A stretch of 64,000 nt of DNA from contig CAVXGK010000001.1 of assembly GCA_963761305.1 (NCBI GenBank), positions 928,001 through 992,000 of the forward strand, written 5' to 3'. The DNA is from an uncultured Gemmatimonadaceae bacterium (lineage in GTDB: Bacteria > Gemmatimonadota > Gemmatimonadetes > Gemmatimonadales > Gemmatimonadaceae). Both the position numbers and the translations under genes were made by a program. Below the pieces are notes generated by a model. The model had not been told where the DNA came from. It made no database searches and was given only the letters and a program-made list of their open reading frames with translations. Shown one piece after another: positions 40,447-52,644 of the stretch; within the stretch, counting starts at the first letter, position 1; every line of letters begins with the position of its first letter.

Positions 40447-41612
40447 AACCCTCCTCCTCCGCCGTCACCCTTCCGAATCGGAATGATTCGGGAGCGCAGG
40501 TGGCCGGTCGAATCGACTCGAACGCCGGTGCGCGGAAAATCCAGCGCGCTGAGTGAGTCGACCAACGTCCACGCACGATGTGTCGAATCAGGGCGAAACA
40601 CGCCGGGCCACAGCTGCATTGTCGGACGCAGCTCGGCGTCCGACACGTGCCCGACTGAGTCGATCGTCGCGCACGCGATCGCCCCGCGGTTTGTCGGCTC
40701 GTGCATGCCGAACGGTCCATACGTGAGCAGATTGCCGAGCGAGTAGAACACGAGGCGGTCGCCGTGCCATTCGGCCGCGCGCAGCACGTGCGGGCCGTGA
40801 CCGACGACGAGCGTCGCGCCGCCGGCAAAGGCCGCGTCGGCGAAGCCAACGGGATTGCCGCGGTTCATTCCGAGAAATCGCTCCGTCGCGTTGTGCGTCC
40901 GCTGCGCCGCCGGACCCTCGGCGCCGAGGTGCATGGTGACGATCACGATCGCATAGCGATCGGCGGCGCGGCGCACACTGCGACGAACGGCCGCGAGGTC
41001 GCGAGCGTCGGGCGCGTCCGAGTCGGTGTGAAATCCGAGTATCGCGATCGTGTCGCCCGACGGGAGCGAGATCGGCGTGGCGATCGTATCGCTGCCGGTG
41101 ACGAGAATTTCCGCGGCGTTGAGTCGCGCGATCGTGGTGTCGTGTCCCGCTTCGCCGGCGTCGTGCGAGTGATTGTTCGCCACGTTTCCGACGAGCACCG
41201 CGTTGCTGTCCACGGCGCGCCGCAGCGCTTTCGCCGCACTCGGCGGCTGCCGAAACGCGTAGCAGTTCTTCGAGTGCTTGCTGCATTTCTCCGGCGCGGG
41301 CCCAGAGCCGATCGCGCCTTCGATGTTCAGCAGCACGACGTCGGCGCCGGCGACCAGCGGTGTGAGTTGCGACGCCAGGCTGTCGGGCAGCGGGCTCTGC
41401 CGATAGACGTATCGAAGCGTGTCGCCGGCGAGTCGCGCCCACTTCGGATCGAGGTTGTTGCCGAGGGTGACGTCACCGCCGGCGCAGAAGCGCACGGGCC
41501 GATGGACCGCCTGCCCGCTCACCCGTGACGCGTCGATGAGCAGGACGAAAAGGCTGGCGAGCACGACCGCGGCGGTGGCAGACCGCCGAACGAGCCCTGA
41601 GGGCCGGGTCAT
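40443..41612 (-). CDS. CapA-family metallophosphatase-like protein
   Basis: GGDVTLG, LNIEG, ANNHSHD, MHLGAE, GHGPH, YSLGN. Confidence 0.88.
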   Translation of the reverse strand: MTRPSGLVRRSATAAVVLASLFVLLIDASRVSGQAVHRPVRFCAGGDVTLGNNLDPKWARLAGDTLRYVYRQSPLPDSLASQLTPLVAGADVVLLNIEGAIGSGPAPEKCSKHSKNCYAFRQPPSAAKALRRAVDSNAVLVGNVANNHSHDAGEAGHDTTIARLNAAEILVTGSDTIATPISLPSGDTIAILGFHTDSDAPDARDLAAVRRSVRRAADRYAIVIVTMHLGAEGPAAQRTHNATERFLGMNRGNPVGFADAAFAGGATLVVGHGPHVLRAAEWHGDRLVFYSLGNLLTYGPFGMHEPTNRGAIACATIDSVGHVSDAELRPTMQLWPGVFRPDSTHRAWTLVDSLSALDFPRTGVRVDSTGHLRSRIIPIRKGDGGGGGF

Positions 41613-41871
41613 GAGACAGCAACCTATTCCGCGATGTCGCTGTCTCATAGGGTCTGAAACCCCGATCGGCTGGCGTCCGTCTGGATGTTCGCTTGTGGGA
41701 CGGCAAGTCCCACAGACGAGCAGGTGCCGGTCGAGAGAGAGATTCGCAGGGCGCCGCAACCTTTTGTTTGGTATCGGTTTAGAAGGTGCGTCAGGGCGGC
41801 ATGGACCTTCCATTGGCGACCGGAGTTGGCAGGCCATCTTCCACCCCGTTCCCACCGCTCGAGACGGCCCC

Positions 41872-43128
41872 TTGGACATCAAACGCGAACCACCCAAAAA
41901 GACCAAGAAGATTGTCGGAGCAAGCATCGGCCTCGTGGCCATCGTTGCCGTGACTGTCGCGATCAGCCGTCTCAGGCCGGCCGCTCCGCCTGTCGAACGC
42001 GGCACCCTCTGGATCGACTCGGTCAAGCGCGGGTCGATGACGCGCGACGTCAACGCACCGGGCACTCTCGAGCCGGAATACGTTCGCAACGTCACGGCGC
42101 TGACGAGCGGTCGCGTCGAGGAGCTCCCGGTGCAGCCGGGCGTTCCCGTGACGTCGAAGACGTTGCTCGTCGTGCTCGACAATCCAGACGTGCGGCTCCA
42201 ACTGCTCACCGACCAACAGGCCCTCAGCAGCGCGTACTCCGGGCTGGCGACGCTCAAGACGTCGCTGAGTCAGCAGCTCCTCGCGCAGCAAGGCGTGATT
42301 GCGAACATGCAGACGCAGCTCAACGCAGCGATCCGCTTGGCGGCGGTTCAGGACTCGCTCGCCAGCAAGAAGCTCGCGTCGCCCAACGACGTTGCCGCCG
42401 CGCGCGACGGAGCCGACGAGCTGAGGCTGCGCTCGGACATCGAGAAGAAGAAGCTCGAGGAGATGCAGGCGTCGGAGAAGCAGCAGATCGACCTCCAACA
42501 GCAGCAGATCGAAGGACTCAAGGCGATCCTCAAGGATCAACAGGATCGACTCGAGTCGATGCGCGTGACCGCGCCCGAAGCGGGACTGCTGCAGACGCTC
42601 GGCAATCCGCCGCTCGAGCTCGGACAGTACGTGAACGCGGGCACCACGCTCGCGCGCGTCGTGCAGCCCGGCCGACTCAAGGCCGTGCTCCGCGTGCCCG
42701 AAACGCAGGCGGTCGAAATCGTGCCCGGCCTCCCGGCGACGATCGACTTGCACAACAACACCATCGTGAAGGGCCGCGTGACGCGCACCGATCCGTCATC
42801 GGTCGCCGGAACCGTCACCGTCGAAGTGCGGATCGAAGACTCGCTGCCACCCGGCACGCGCTCCGATCTCGCCGTCGACGGAACGATTCAGCTCGAGCGG
42901 TTGAACGACGTCCTCTTCGTCGCTCGGCCGGGCTTCGGCCAGCCGGGCAACTCCGTCGGCATCTTCCGCGTCATCCCGAATTCCGGCGAGGCAGAACGGA
43001 TCACCGTGCAGTTGGGCCGCGCCTCGGTCAACACGATCGAGATCAAGAGCGGCGCAAAGGTCGGCGACAGTTTGATCGTGAACGACATGACGCAGTTCGA
43101 CGCAACGAACCGAGTACGCATCAAGTAG
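41872..43128 (+). CDS. Efflux periplasmic adaptor subunit (HlyD/MacA-like)
   Basis: TTG start (LDIKREP..) then TM; VKRGSMTRDVNAPGTL; RSDLAVDGTI; VQLGRASVN. Confidence 0.85.
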   Translation: MDIKREPPKKTKKIVGASIGLVAIVAVTVAISRLRPAAPPVERGTLWIDSVKRGSMTRDVNAPGTLEPEYVRNVTALTSGRVEELPVQPGVPVTSKTLLVVLDNPDVRLQLLTDQQALSSAYSGLATLKTSLSQQLLAQQGVIANMQTQLNAAIRLAAVQDSLASKKLASPNDVAAARDGADELRLRSDIEKKKLEEMQASEKQQIDLQQQQIEGLKAILKDQQDRLESMRVTAPEAGLLQTLGNPPLELGQYVNAGTTLARVVQPGRLKAVLRVPETQAVEIVPGLPATIDLHNNTIVKGRVTRTDPSSVAGTVTVEVRIEDSLPPGTRSDLAVDGTIQLERLNDVLFVARPGFGQPGNSVGIFRVIPNSGEAERITVQLGRASVNTIEIKSGAKVGDSLIVNDMTQFDATNRVRIK

Positions 43129-43182
43129 GCGCGTCCGCGCCGCATAGAGAGTTCCTCCCTCCACCTCACCCGCGAGCATCCC

Positions 43183-43938
<756 letters not shown>

Positions 43939-44022
43939 TCCCGATTCACAATTGCAGTACGCCTCGCGGGGCCGGTCATACCGGTCCCCGCCGAAGGCGC
44001 GCCGGTTAACTTAGGAGTCACT

Positions 44023-44778
44023 ATGGCCTTCTTCACCAAGCCAGCCCCCACGGTCACTCGCGACGCGCCTCAGCCGCCCATCGTCGGGCCGGTCATCGCG
44101 ATGCGCAACGTCGAGAAGGTCTTCGAGACCGCCGCCGGCCGAACGTACGTGCTGCGCCGCATCCAGACCGAGATTCAGCCCGGCGAGTTCGTGTCCATCA
44201 TGGGACCGTCGGGCGCCGGCAAGTCGACGCTGCTCGCGATCCTCGGCATGCTCGACAGTGCGTGGGCGGGCGAGTTCTTCTTCCTCGGCCATCCGGTTCA
44301 CGCCATGAACCACAAGCAGCGCGTGGCGCTCAACAAGGAGCACATCGGGTTCGTCTTTCAGCAGTACCACCTGATCGACGATCTCACCGTGTCCGAAAAC
44401 CTCGACATCCCGCTCTCGTATCGCAACGTGAAGAAGTCGGAGCGGGAAGCGATCGTCGCCGACACGCTCGACCGCTTCGGGATGGTCGGCAAGAAGGATC
44501 TGTATCCGCGGCAGCTTTCTGGTGGGCAACAACAGTTGGTCGGTGTGGCGCGGGCGGTCATCGCCAAGCCTCGCCTCATTCTCGCGGACGAGCCCACGGG
44601 CAACCTGCATTCGAGCCAGGGCCGCGAGATCATGGAATTGTTCACGAAGTTGAATCAGGCGGGCGCGACGATCATCCAGGTGACGCACTCCGAGGAGAAC
44701 GCGAAGTACGGCAACCGGATCATCGAATTGAAAGACGGGTGGATCACCGGGAGCGAAGGGCCCGTCACCCACAGCTGA
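44023..44778 (+). CDS. MacB/LolD-type ABC ATP-binding protein (second paralog)
   Basis: [35 protein letters not shown]. Confidence 0.93.
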   Translation: MAFFTKPAPTVTRDAPQPPIVGPVIAMRNVEKVFETAAGRTYVLRRIQTEIQPGEFVSIMGPSGAGKSTLLAILGMLDSAWAGEFFFLGHPVHAMNHKQRVALNKEHIGFVFQQYHLIDDLTVSENLDIPLSYRNVKKSEREAIVADTLDRFGMVGKKDLYPRQLSGGQQQLVGVARAVIAKPRLILADEPTGNLHSSQGREIMELFTKLNQAGATIIQVTHSEENAKYGNRIIELKDGWITGSEGPVTHS

Positions 44779-44826
44779 GCCGGAGACAGCGCGCCATCCG
44801 GAATCGAGCAACGCTCCGCGCGTCGT

Positions 44827-46142
44827 TCAGAACGTCACGCGCGTTCGAAAACCCAGCAGCCAGATCAGGTCTTGCGCCGGTTTCACCGCCGGATTGAGAA
44901 CGAGTTGAAGGTCCGGCGACAGCGCGAGATTGTCCGTCAGGTGAAAGCGATAGAAAATCTCGTGCGTCTGTTGGTCGCGGAGCGCGCGATTCGAGGGCCG
45001 TGCCACCCGCTGCCGACGCCGAAGAGATCGGACGGATATCGCGGCGGCCGCCAGCCGAAGCCCGCGCTCAGGTTCGCGTCGGTGAAGAAACCGACCGACG
45101 CGCCGCCGCGCAGAAAGACGAGGAAATCGGACCCGACCTTGGTGCTCGCGTTGAACGCGACGCCGTTCGCTTGCGGCGAGCCGGGCTGCTCGTTCGTGAA
45201 CCAGCCGACGATGTGAAAATTTGCCGCATCCATCGGCCCGCGCGCCTGAATCGGAACGCCCTGATGCGCGAGCACCGACCACCCGAGATCAAGATGGAAG
45301 AAATGCTCGCCGGTCTTGAAGAAATCGTCGATCGTGAGACCGGTGTCGTCGCTGTTGGCGGTGTACATGCCGCCCTGCACGTAGTAGCCCTTGCCGGTGA
45401 AGGGAAACCACGCCGCTACCGCGCCGAAGCCGCGCAGCGGAGACGCAATCGTCGGGCTCGTTGAAAACGTCTGATTGAAGAACTGGCGGTTGTCGTCGAA
45501 AAACGGATACGGGTTGACGAAGTTCGGCGCGAACACCTTGCCGATCGCGCACTGAGAACGATTGTCGGCCAGATTCTGCCGCAGGTAGAACTGCGTGACG
45601 CCGAGGTCGAACTGGCCCCACGTCGCCGCCGTGGGCACGATCGATCCCGCCGCCAACCCCGCGCGCAACGGCGGGAGCTCCGTGCCGAGCGGGCGGCGAT
45701 CTTCGACGACCATGTCGAAGTTCAGCGCGTTCGGCTTGCCGCGGTTCCACAGTGCCCAGTTCACGTTCAGCGTGAACTTACCGCCGACCGCATTCGGTTC
45801 GTCGACGGGGCTGGTCGAGTAGTTCTGTCCCAGAGCGCCGTACGACCCTCCGACCGCCAAGCCGACTGAGTCCTCGAAGGCCTGCTTCGCCTTGAACCAT
45901 CCGGCCAGCAGCGAGGGCATGCGAACATGTCCGACCTTGGGCGCCTCGTCCTCGGTCAGGTCGCCCTGGCCGGAGAGCGTCCCGTCGAGAAGATCGACGT
46001 AGTTCGTATCGGGCTTCGGCGCGCGGACGGTCGATTCGGCGAGACGTGGCTCGGGCGTCGTCGGCGCCGCGGGCCCGCCCGCGCACGCCGCCAAACCGAA
46101 ACCCGCCGCGAGCAGTCCGACGTCCCGCGAGAGACGACGCAC
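44827..46142 (-). pseudogene. OprB-like carbohydrate porin, frameshifted near 45003
   Basis: Main ORF runs to DLFGVGSGW; the porin C-terminus (ARPSNRALRDQQTHEIFYRF...LSPDLQLVLNP...GFRTRVTF) continues in another frame. Confidence 0.75.
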
Positions 46143-46148
46143 GGGTTG

Positions 46149-47789
46149 CTAGCCGGACCACGTCGGAAGATCGCCGCCGCGCACGACAAGAAACGGATCG
46201 CGCCAGCGCCCCGGCGTTTTCGACAGCTTGGCGAGTGGCGCCAAACGTCGAGCCTTGCCGTACGGCGTCGGCGCCTCCGCGACCTCGGGGGCGATCATTC
46301 GATGCTCCGGCGCCATCGCGTCGAACTCTGTCGTCGGGAAGAATCCGAGACTCGCGTACCACATCGCGGCGCGAGAGAGGCTCACGCGCACGTGATAGCT
46401 CCCGCCCTCCCGCGCACGTCGTCGCAACGCGACCATCGCGCCGGCGGCACCGAGGTAGCCGGCGATGTAGTCGTTGAGGACGAGCGTCGGCGGAAACGAA
46501 GGCTCATTCGGCAGGCCCGACGGCATCGCGTAGCTCTCGGAAAACGCCGGATGTCCGCCGCCACCTTCGGCCATGGTGAAGCCGGTGACGGTGAGCGCTT
46601 CCATGTCGAAGCCGGCGCGGTGGTGCCAGGGCCCATCTCAACTGAACGCGCGGAGAGAGACGTAGATGATCCCCGGTCGCAGCTTCGCAACCTCTTCCAC
46701 ACCGAACCCGAGCTTCTCGATTGCTCGCCCGCTGAAGCTCTCGATGAAGACGTCTGCCTTGGGAACGAGCGCCGCAAGCGCAGTCGTGTCATCCGACTTC
46801 GTGAGGTCGAGGAACGTCGAGCGCATTCCGACGCTGGTGTCGGCCCACGGGATCGGATGCTCGAAAGACTGATCGCGCGCGACATGCAGGATGGTCGCAT
46901 CGTGCTCGGCGAGTGCACGCGCCACAACCGAACCGGCGATGACATGCGTCAACGCGAATGCATTCACGCCCGAGAGCGGAGCACGTGGGCTCGGCGCGTA
47001 TGGAATCGGCGGCGCGTCGCCGATCTTGACGATCTCGATCACCGGAGTGGCGGCTAGATGCCGGCCCTCGGGTTCCTGCAGCCATTCCTGCGCCGTGCGA
47101 TGAATGCCAGCGACCACTCGCTGCGCGGCCATTGCGCTCTCGAGCTCAGCGGCGTTCCACTTCTTGATGGCTTGCGCGATCGCGTCGCGCTTCGGCGGAA
47201 TGCCGAGAAGCTCGAGCGCTCGATCGTTGAGATGCGGATACGCGGCTGAGATCGTGACGTATCGCCCATCCTTCGTCTCGAAGATCGCAAAGGAGAACGG
47301 ATTGCCGAGTCCCCACGGCGCTTGATACCAGCGGCCGTTGATGCCCGGCACGAACGTGAAGCTCGCGGGGATGGGATCGTCGCGCGGAATGAGACCCGCC
47401 ATCTGCTTCTGCTTCAGCACGAGCGCGATGATCGGATTCACGTTGTACACGGCTTCCCGAAGGTCGACGTGAACGTTCTGCCCCTGTCCGGTTCGGTCCT
47501 TCCAAATCGACGCCGCGCCAACACCGACTGCGGCGGCCGGAATCGCCATGCTCGTTGCGATTCGGAAATGGCTCCGGAGGATTGGATCGCGTCCCGTGAA
47601 CGTGACGCTCCCTCCTCCGTCCGAAGGCGAGCAACCGAGGTCGTGCATGAACGATGCGAACTGTGAATCGATGTCGCCGTCCGGCGACCCGGCCCCGGCA
47701 ACTAGACCGCGTGTCGCCTCGCGCGAAACCGCCGCTCCGATCGCCGCGCTACTCGCGATCGCGAGGAACTCCCGTCGATCGATGGTCAT
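46149..47789 (-). pseudogene. Two-domain CaiB/BaiF family III CoA-transferase-like gene with Tat signal; in-frame TGA at 46638-46640
   Basis: MTIDRREFL; IFETKDGRY, LTHVIAG, GMRSTFLDL, ADVFIESF, LRPGIIYVSLRAFS*DGPWHHRAGFDM, in frame with ORF 46149..46604. Confidence 0.78.
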
Positions 47790-47949
47790 CGCTGACCTCC
47801 GCTGAGTTCGCGCAGCTCGCTTCGCTGATCCTGCCAACGAAAAGCCGAGTCCATTCGACCCGTGACGCTACGCCGGCGCAGAGTCGGCAGGGATTGGGCG
47901 AAGGCCGTATCGGTGCGCTAAACTTTTTTTCACGCCAGGCGATCTCGAG

Positions 47950-49719
47950 TCACGACGCCGCGCGAACGTCCACCCGCTCGGGCACGCCGAGACCGATGCG
48001 ACCCGAGGAATCAGCACCCACTGTGTGGACGTAGAAATACGTCGCGCCATCCTCCGATGACGGCATCACCGCCGAAGGCGCGGAGAGAATCAGCACGTCG
48101 CCGCACTGGCCCATCCAATCGATGTGGCGATGACCGTGCATGACCACGGCGCGAGTGCCGACCCGCTGCAAGCGACGCGCGAACCAGTTCCCGTTGATCA
48201 GCGTCGTCCCGATGCGCTCGGCGATCGAATGGCCGAGCTTGGGATGCTCGACGATGTGATGGTGCAAGGCGACGATCCAGCACGCGCGCGGGAACGCGCG
48301 CATCGCGACGTCGAGCGCGTGAGCTTCTTCGGCCGCCACGAGCCCGAGCGCGTTCGTGAACGAGAAATGGGTCTCGGCGTTGGAATTCAGCACGATGACG
48401 CCGAGCCCGTCGTCGCGTGCAGGCGGCCGCACCATCGGAAACGCGGCGGACCACGCCTCGCCGCTCACCTTGCCGAGCCGGCGGGAACCGCTGTCCGCGA
48501 AACCCGCGATGTCCTCTGCCTGTGGTGCGAGCGCACGGTCGAGCGACTCGCCCATGCGGCCTTCTTTCTCGTCGACGACACGAACTCGCGTTCCCTGTAG
48601 CGCCGCCAGCGCCGACAGCGTGCGCACCTCGCGGAGACGCTTCTTCGGACTCGTCGGCAGATCGAGACGCGCCGGATTCGCGCGATCGATGATGTTCACG
48701 TCGTGATTCCCCGGCAGCGCGACGACGAGTGGTTCCAGACGCGGAAAACCGGCGAACACGTCGAGCAGCTCGCTCCACTCGGCGGACGTGCCGGCGTCGG
48801 TGAGGTCTCCGGTGATGACGACGGCGTCGAGCGGGTCGCGGCGATGGATCGCGTCGAGTCGTTCGAGCGCGACGATGAGCGCGTCGTTGCCGCGCGTCCC
48901 GGCGCGTCCGCTGCCGAGTCGAAACCCGTAGCGTTCGCCGACGACGTGAATGTCCGAGAGATGCGCGACGCGCCACGAACGCACGAAGTCGCCGGGCGGA
49001 TGAAAGGCGACGAGCTCTCGCGGCTGGGGCATCGTCGCGTCGGCCATTCCCCACACCAGCGCGGCGATCGCGAGATACGCCGTCGCGACCGCCGTCGCGT
49101 TCGCGAGCGCGGTGAGGAAAAGCCAATGCGGCGTTCGAAAATCGGAAAGCGAGCCGACCCAGTGCGTCGCCGGCCAGACCAGACGCAGCACGACCAGCGC
49201 GAGCGCACAGATGATCACGCCGGAGACCGCCGACGCCGCGGCGCGTCCGCGCATGCGCGTCGTCTCGCTCGCGGCGGCACCCGTCAGACGACTCGACAAA
49301 TGGAGGAGGAGCTCACGCCACGCCACGTAGCCGGGCTGTATCGCCATCGCGTTCAGCGACCAGAAGCTGCGCTCGACGACGCGGAACAGCGATCGGCCGC
49401 CGAACCAGGCCAGCGCGAGGAGCGCGACGAGGAAGAGCAACGCGCCCGCTCCGGTCGCTCCCGGCGTCGTCGCGAGCTTGCGGGCCCAGATCGTCGCGAT
49501 GATCGGCGCGAGGCCCAGCAGCACAGCCGGCACGACGATCAACATCACCAGCGCGACGGCCATCTTCGGAAGGCTGACTTCGGCGAGCAGATTGCCCGCG
49601 ATCGCGAGGAGCGAGCGCCGCTCCGGGCTCGACTCGTCGGTCTCGACATCGCCGCCGCGCGGGTCGACGAGCGGGGGCCGGCGACGGTCGAGTGTTCTCA
49701 CGCGCGCCGCGCTCGACAT
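47950..49719 (-). CDS. Membrane-anchored metallophosphoesterase
   Basis: N-terminal TMs; HLSDIH, ITGDLTD, PGNHD, ALHHH, HGHRH. Confidence 0.85.
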   Translation of the reverse strand: MSSAARVRTLDRRRPPLVDPRGGDVETDESSPERRSLLAIAGNLLAEVSLPKMAVALVMLIVVPAVLLGLAPIIATIWARKLATTPGATGAGALLFLVALLALAWFGGRSLFRVVERSFWSLNAMAIQPGYVAWRELLLHLSSRLTGAAASETTRMRGRAAASAVSGVIICALALVVLRLVWPATHWVGSLSDFRTPHWLFLTALANATAVATAYLAIAALVWGMADATMPQPRELVAFHPPGDFVRSWRVAHLSDIHVVGERYGFRLGSGRAGTRGNDALIVALERLDAIHRRDPLDAVVITGDLTDAGTSAEWSELLDVFAGFPRLEPLVVALPGNHDVNIIDRANPARLDLPTSPKKRLREVRTLSALAALQGTRVRVVDEKEGRMGESLDRALAPQAEDIAGFADSGSRRLGKVSGEAWSAAFPMVRPPARDDGLGVIVLNSNAETHFSFTNALGLVAAEEAHALDVAMRAFPRACWIVALHHHIVEHPKLGHSIAERIGTTLINGNWFARRLQRVGTRAVVMHGHRHIDWMGQCGDVLILSAPSAVMPSSEDGATYFYVHTVGADSSGRIGLGVPERVDVRAAS

Positions 49720-49819
49720 GCGCACGAGGGGTCGCAAGATATGTGCGTCCTGTGCGCTCGTTCGGCCTTGTCGCGGCGACGCCTCCAATAGTAGGGTTTC
49801 TCCTCGACTATTTTCCGCC

Positions 49820-51208
49820 ATGCGAGCGGAATCAGCCGTCCCGGTCCCCTCCCCGCAGATTCTCGTCGCCGACGATCAGGCGGACGTGCTCGAAGCGTTG
49901 CGCCTGTTGCTCAAGGGGCACGGCTACGACGTTCACACCGTCAACTCGCCGAGCGCCGCGCTCGCCGCACTCGAGCGCCGCGACTTCGACGCGATGCTGC
50001 TCGACATGAACTACGCGCGCGATACGACGTCGGGCAAAGAAGGGCTCGACCTGCTCGCCTCGCTCCAGACGCTCGAGCCCAACATGCCGGTCGTCGTCAT
50101 GACCGCGTGGGGGAGCATCGACAACGCGGTCGAAGCGATGCGCCGCGGCGCGCGCGACTACGTCGAGAAGCCGTGGGACAACGCCCGACTCGTCTCGATG
50201 CTCGGCGTGCAGGTGGAGCTCGGCCGCGCGCTGCGGCGGGCGCAGCGGCTCGAGTCGGAGAATCGCCTGCTGCGGCGCGACCATCTGCCGCAGATGATCG
50301 CCGAATCGCCGAAGATGAAGCCGATCGTGCAGCTCATGGAGCGCATCGGTCCGTCGGATGCGAACGTGCTGATCACGGGCGAACACGGCACGGGCAAGGA
50401 GCTCGTGGCGCAGTGGCTGCACGCGGCATCGGCCCGCGCCGCGCGGTCGTTCATCGCCGTGAACCTGGGCGGGCTGTCGGAGGGCGTATTCGAGAGCGAA
50501 CTGTTCGGCCACGTGCGCGGCGCGTTCACCGACGCGAAGACCGACCGCGTCGGCCGGTTCGAGCTGGCCGACGGCGGCACGATCTTCCTCGACGAGATCG
50601 GCACCGTGCCGCTCGGGCTTCAGTCGAAGTTGCTCCGCATGCTGCAGACGGGCGACGTCGAGCGCGTCGGGTCCTCGAAGGCGCGGCACGTCGACGCGCG
50701 TGTCATCTCGGCGACGAACGCGAACCTCCAGCAGGAGGTCGCTGAAGGGCGGTTCCGCGAAGACCTGCTGTTCCGGCTCAACACGATCGAGGTCAGCCTG
50801 CCGCCGCTGCGCGACCGCCGTGAGGACATTCCGGCGCTGGCCGCGCACTTCCTCCGCCGCCACGCGACGCGGTATCACAAGGCGCTTGGCGGATTCGACG
50901 CGGGCGGCATGCAGGCGCTCCTCTCGCACGGGTGGCCCGGCAACATCCGCGAGCTGGACCACGCGGTGGAGCGCGCCGTGCTCATGGCGCCAGGCGACCA
51001 GGTGCGCGCGTCGGACCTCGGCCTGCGCCCCGCGGGCGGGGGCGGGGGGCCGGCGCCGCGGCTGGACGAGCTGCCGCTCGAAGACGTCGAGAAAATGCTC
51101 ATTCAGAAAGCGCTATCGCGATACGACGGCAACGTCAGTCGCGCCGCCCAAGCCCTCGGCCTGTCGCGGAGCGCGCTCTACCGGCGCATCGCGTCGCATG
51201 GCCTCTAG
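49820..51208 (+). CDS. Sigma54-dependent NtrC-family response regulator
   Basis: ILVADD, LLDMNY, GEHGTGKE, ESELFGHVRGAFTDA, LDEIG, WPGNIREL, Fis HTH. Confidence 0.94.
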   Translation: MRAESAVPVPSPQILVADDQADVLEALRLLLKGHGYDVHTVNSPSAALAALERRDFDAMLLDMNYARDTTSGKEGLDLLASLQTLEPNMPVVVMTAWGSIDNAVEAMRRGARDYVEKPWDNARLVSMLGVQVELGRALRRAQRLESENRLLRRDHLPQMIAESPKMKPIVQLMERIGPSDANVLITGEHGTGKELVAQWLHAASARAARSFIAVNLGGLSEGVFESELFGHVRGAFTDAKTDRVGRFELADGGTIFLDEIGTVPLGLQSKLLRMLQTGDVERVGSSKARHVDARVISATNANLQQEVAEGRFREDLLFRLNTIEVSLPPLRDRREDIPALAAHFLRRHATRYHKALGGFDAGGMQALLSHGWPGNIRELDHAVERAVLMAPGDQVRASDLGLRPAGGGGGPAPRLDELPLEDVEKMLIQKALSRYDGNVSRAAQALGLSRSALYRRIASHGL

Positions 51209-52598
51209 GCGCCGCACGCCGCCGGCGGGGAGCACCACGCCAGCCACGCGGCCGTCGTCCGACCAGCCGCCCCGCGAGCCGCATCACGAGCGCCTGATCT
51301 TCCGCCTCGCGCTCCTCGCCGGCTTTCCGGGCGTGGCGGTCTCGATGGTCCTGTTGTGGCGCGGCGAGTTCAGCCCGAGCGTGCGCTGGACCCTCGGCCT
51401 CGTCGTCGTCGGCACGTGGCTCGCCTTGGCGGTCGTGTTGCGCGAGCGAGTCGTGCGGCCGCTGCAAACGCTCTCCAACATGCTGGCCGCGCTGCGCGAG
51501 GGCGACTACTCGATCCGTGCCCGCGGCGCCGACCGCGACGACGCGTTGGGCCTGGCGTTCATGGAATCGAACCTCCTCGGCGAGACGCTGCGCGCGCAGC
51601 GGCTCGGCGCGATGGAGGCGACGGCGCTGCTGCGCACCGTCATGGCGGAGATCGACGTCGCCGTGTTCGCGTTCGACGACGCCGAGCGCTTGCGTCTCGT
51701 GAATCGCGCCGGCGAGCGGCTGCTCGCGCAACCGGCCGAGCGGTTGCTGGGGCGGACCTCGGAGCAGGTCGTACTCATCGACGTGCTCGAAGGAGCGTCG
51801 CCGCGCACGATGGACGTCACGTTCGCCGGCGGATCGGGGCGATGGGAAGTGCGGCGCGGATCGTTCCGACAGGACGGGCGACCACACACGCTGCTCGTGC
51901 TCTCCGACGTGAGCCGCACCCTGCGCGAAGAAGAGCTGCAAGCGTGGCAGCGCATCGTTCGCGTGCTGAGCCACGAGATCAACAACTCCCTCGCGCCGAT
52001 CCGCTCGATCACGGACACGCTGCTGTCGCTCCTCGACCGGCCGACGCGCACCGAAGACGCCGACGAAGATCTGCGGCGTGGACTCACCGTCATCGGCGGG
52101 CGCTCCGAAGGGCTCGTGCGATTCATGTCGGCGTACGCGCGTCTCGCCAAGCTTCCGGCGCCGAACAAGGCGCCGCTCGACGTCGGCGCATGGATCCGGC
52201 GAGTCGCGTCGCTCGAGACGCGGGTGCCGATCCGAGTCGTCGCCGGACCCGCCGCCACGCTCGAGGCGGACGGAGACCAGCTCGACCAGCTCCTGATCAA
52301 TCTCGTTCGCAACGCGGCCGACGCCTCGCTCGAGACCCATGGCGACGTGCGGATCCGCTGGTCGCGTCGCAACGGCACCCTCTCGCTGATGGTCGAGGAT
52401 GAAGGTCCGGGGCTGGCCAGCGCCTCAAACCTGTTCGTTCCGTTCTTTACGACCAAGCCGCAGGGTTCGGGCATTGGCCTGGTGCTGTCGCGGCAGATCG
52501 CCGAGGCGCATGGCGGGTCGCTCTCGTTGGCGAACCGGACCGACCGGCGCGGATGCATCGCGACGGTGCGGTTCGAGCTCGGTCCGCCAGCCGTCTGA
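51198..52598 (+). CDS. Sensor histidine kinase (NtrY-like, PAS)
   Basis: Two TMs; LSHEINNSLAP, NLVRNA, DEGPG, FFTTKPQGSGIGL. Confidence 0.93.
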   Translation: MASRRRTPPAGSTTPATRPSSDQPPREPHHERLIFRLALLAGFPGVAVSMVLLWRGEFSPSVRWTLGLVVVGTWLALAVVLRERVVRPLQTLSNMLAALREGDYSIRARGADRDDALGLAFMESNLLGETLRAQRLGAMEATALLRTVMAEIDVAVFAFDDAERLRLVNRAGERLLAQPAERLLGRTSEQVVLIDVLEGASPRTMDVTFAGGSGRWEVRRGSFRQDGRPHTLLVLSDVSRTLREEELQAWQRIVRVLSHEINNSLAPIRSITDTLLSLLDRPTRTEDADEDLRRGLTVIGGRSEGLVRFMSAYARLAKLPAPNKAPLDVGAWIRRVASLETRVPIRVVAGPAATLEADGDQLDQLLINLVRNAADASLETHGDVRIRWSRRNGTLSLMVEDEGPGLASASNLFVPFFTTKPQGSGIGLVLSRQIAEAHGGSLSLANRTDRRGCIATVRFELGPPAV

Positions 52599-52644
52599 CG
52601 AACCCAAGCGGTCCCGCGAGCGATTCGCCATTGGCCTTTCGGCA

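Noticed and set aside
41826..41843. TTGGCAGGCCATCTTCCA as a sigma54 promoter
   Set aside because: Spacing is one base too long and the -12 GC is absent
46638..46640. In-frame TGA in the CoA-transferase gene as a second selenocysteine
   Set aside because: The position (S*DGPW) is not a Cys site in this family as far as I know, I saw no convincing SECIS-like hairpin, and the adjacent gene is also disrupted; a nonsense change from TGG is simpler
44800..49750. Mobile element
   Set aside because: Looks like an inserted block, but no transposase, integrase, terminal repeats or target duplication were seen
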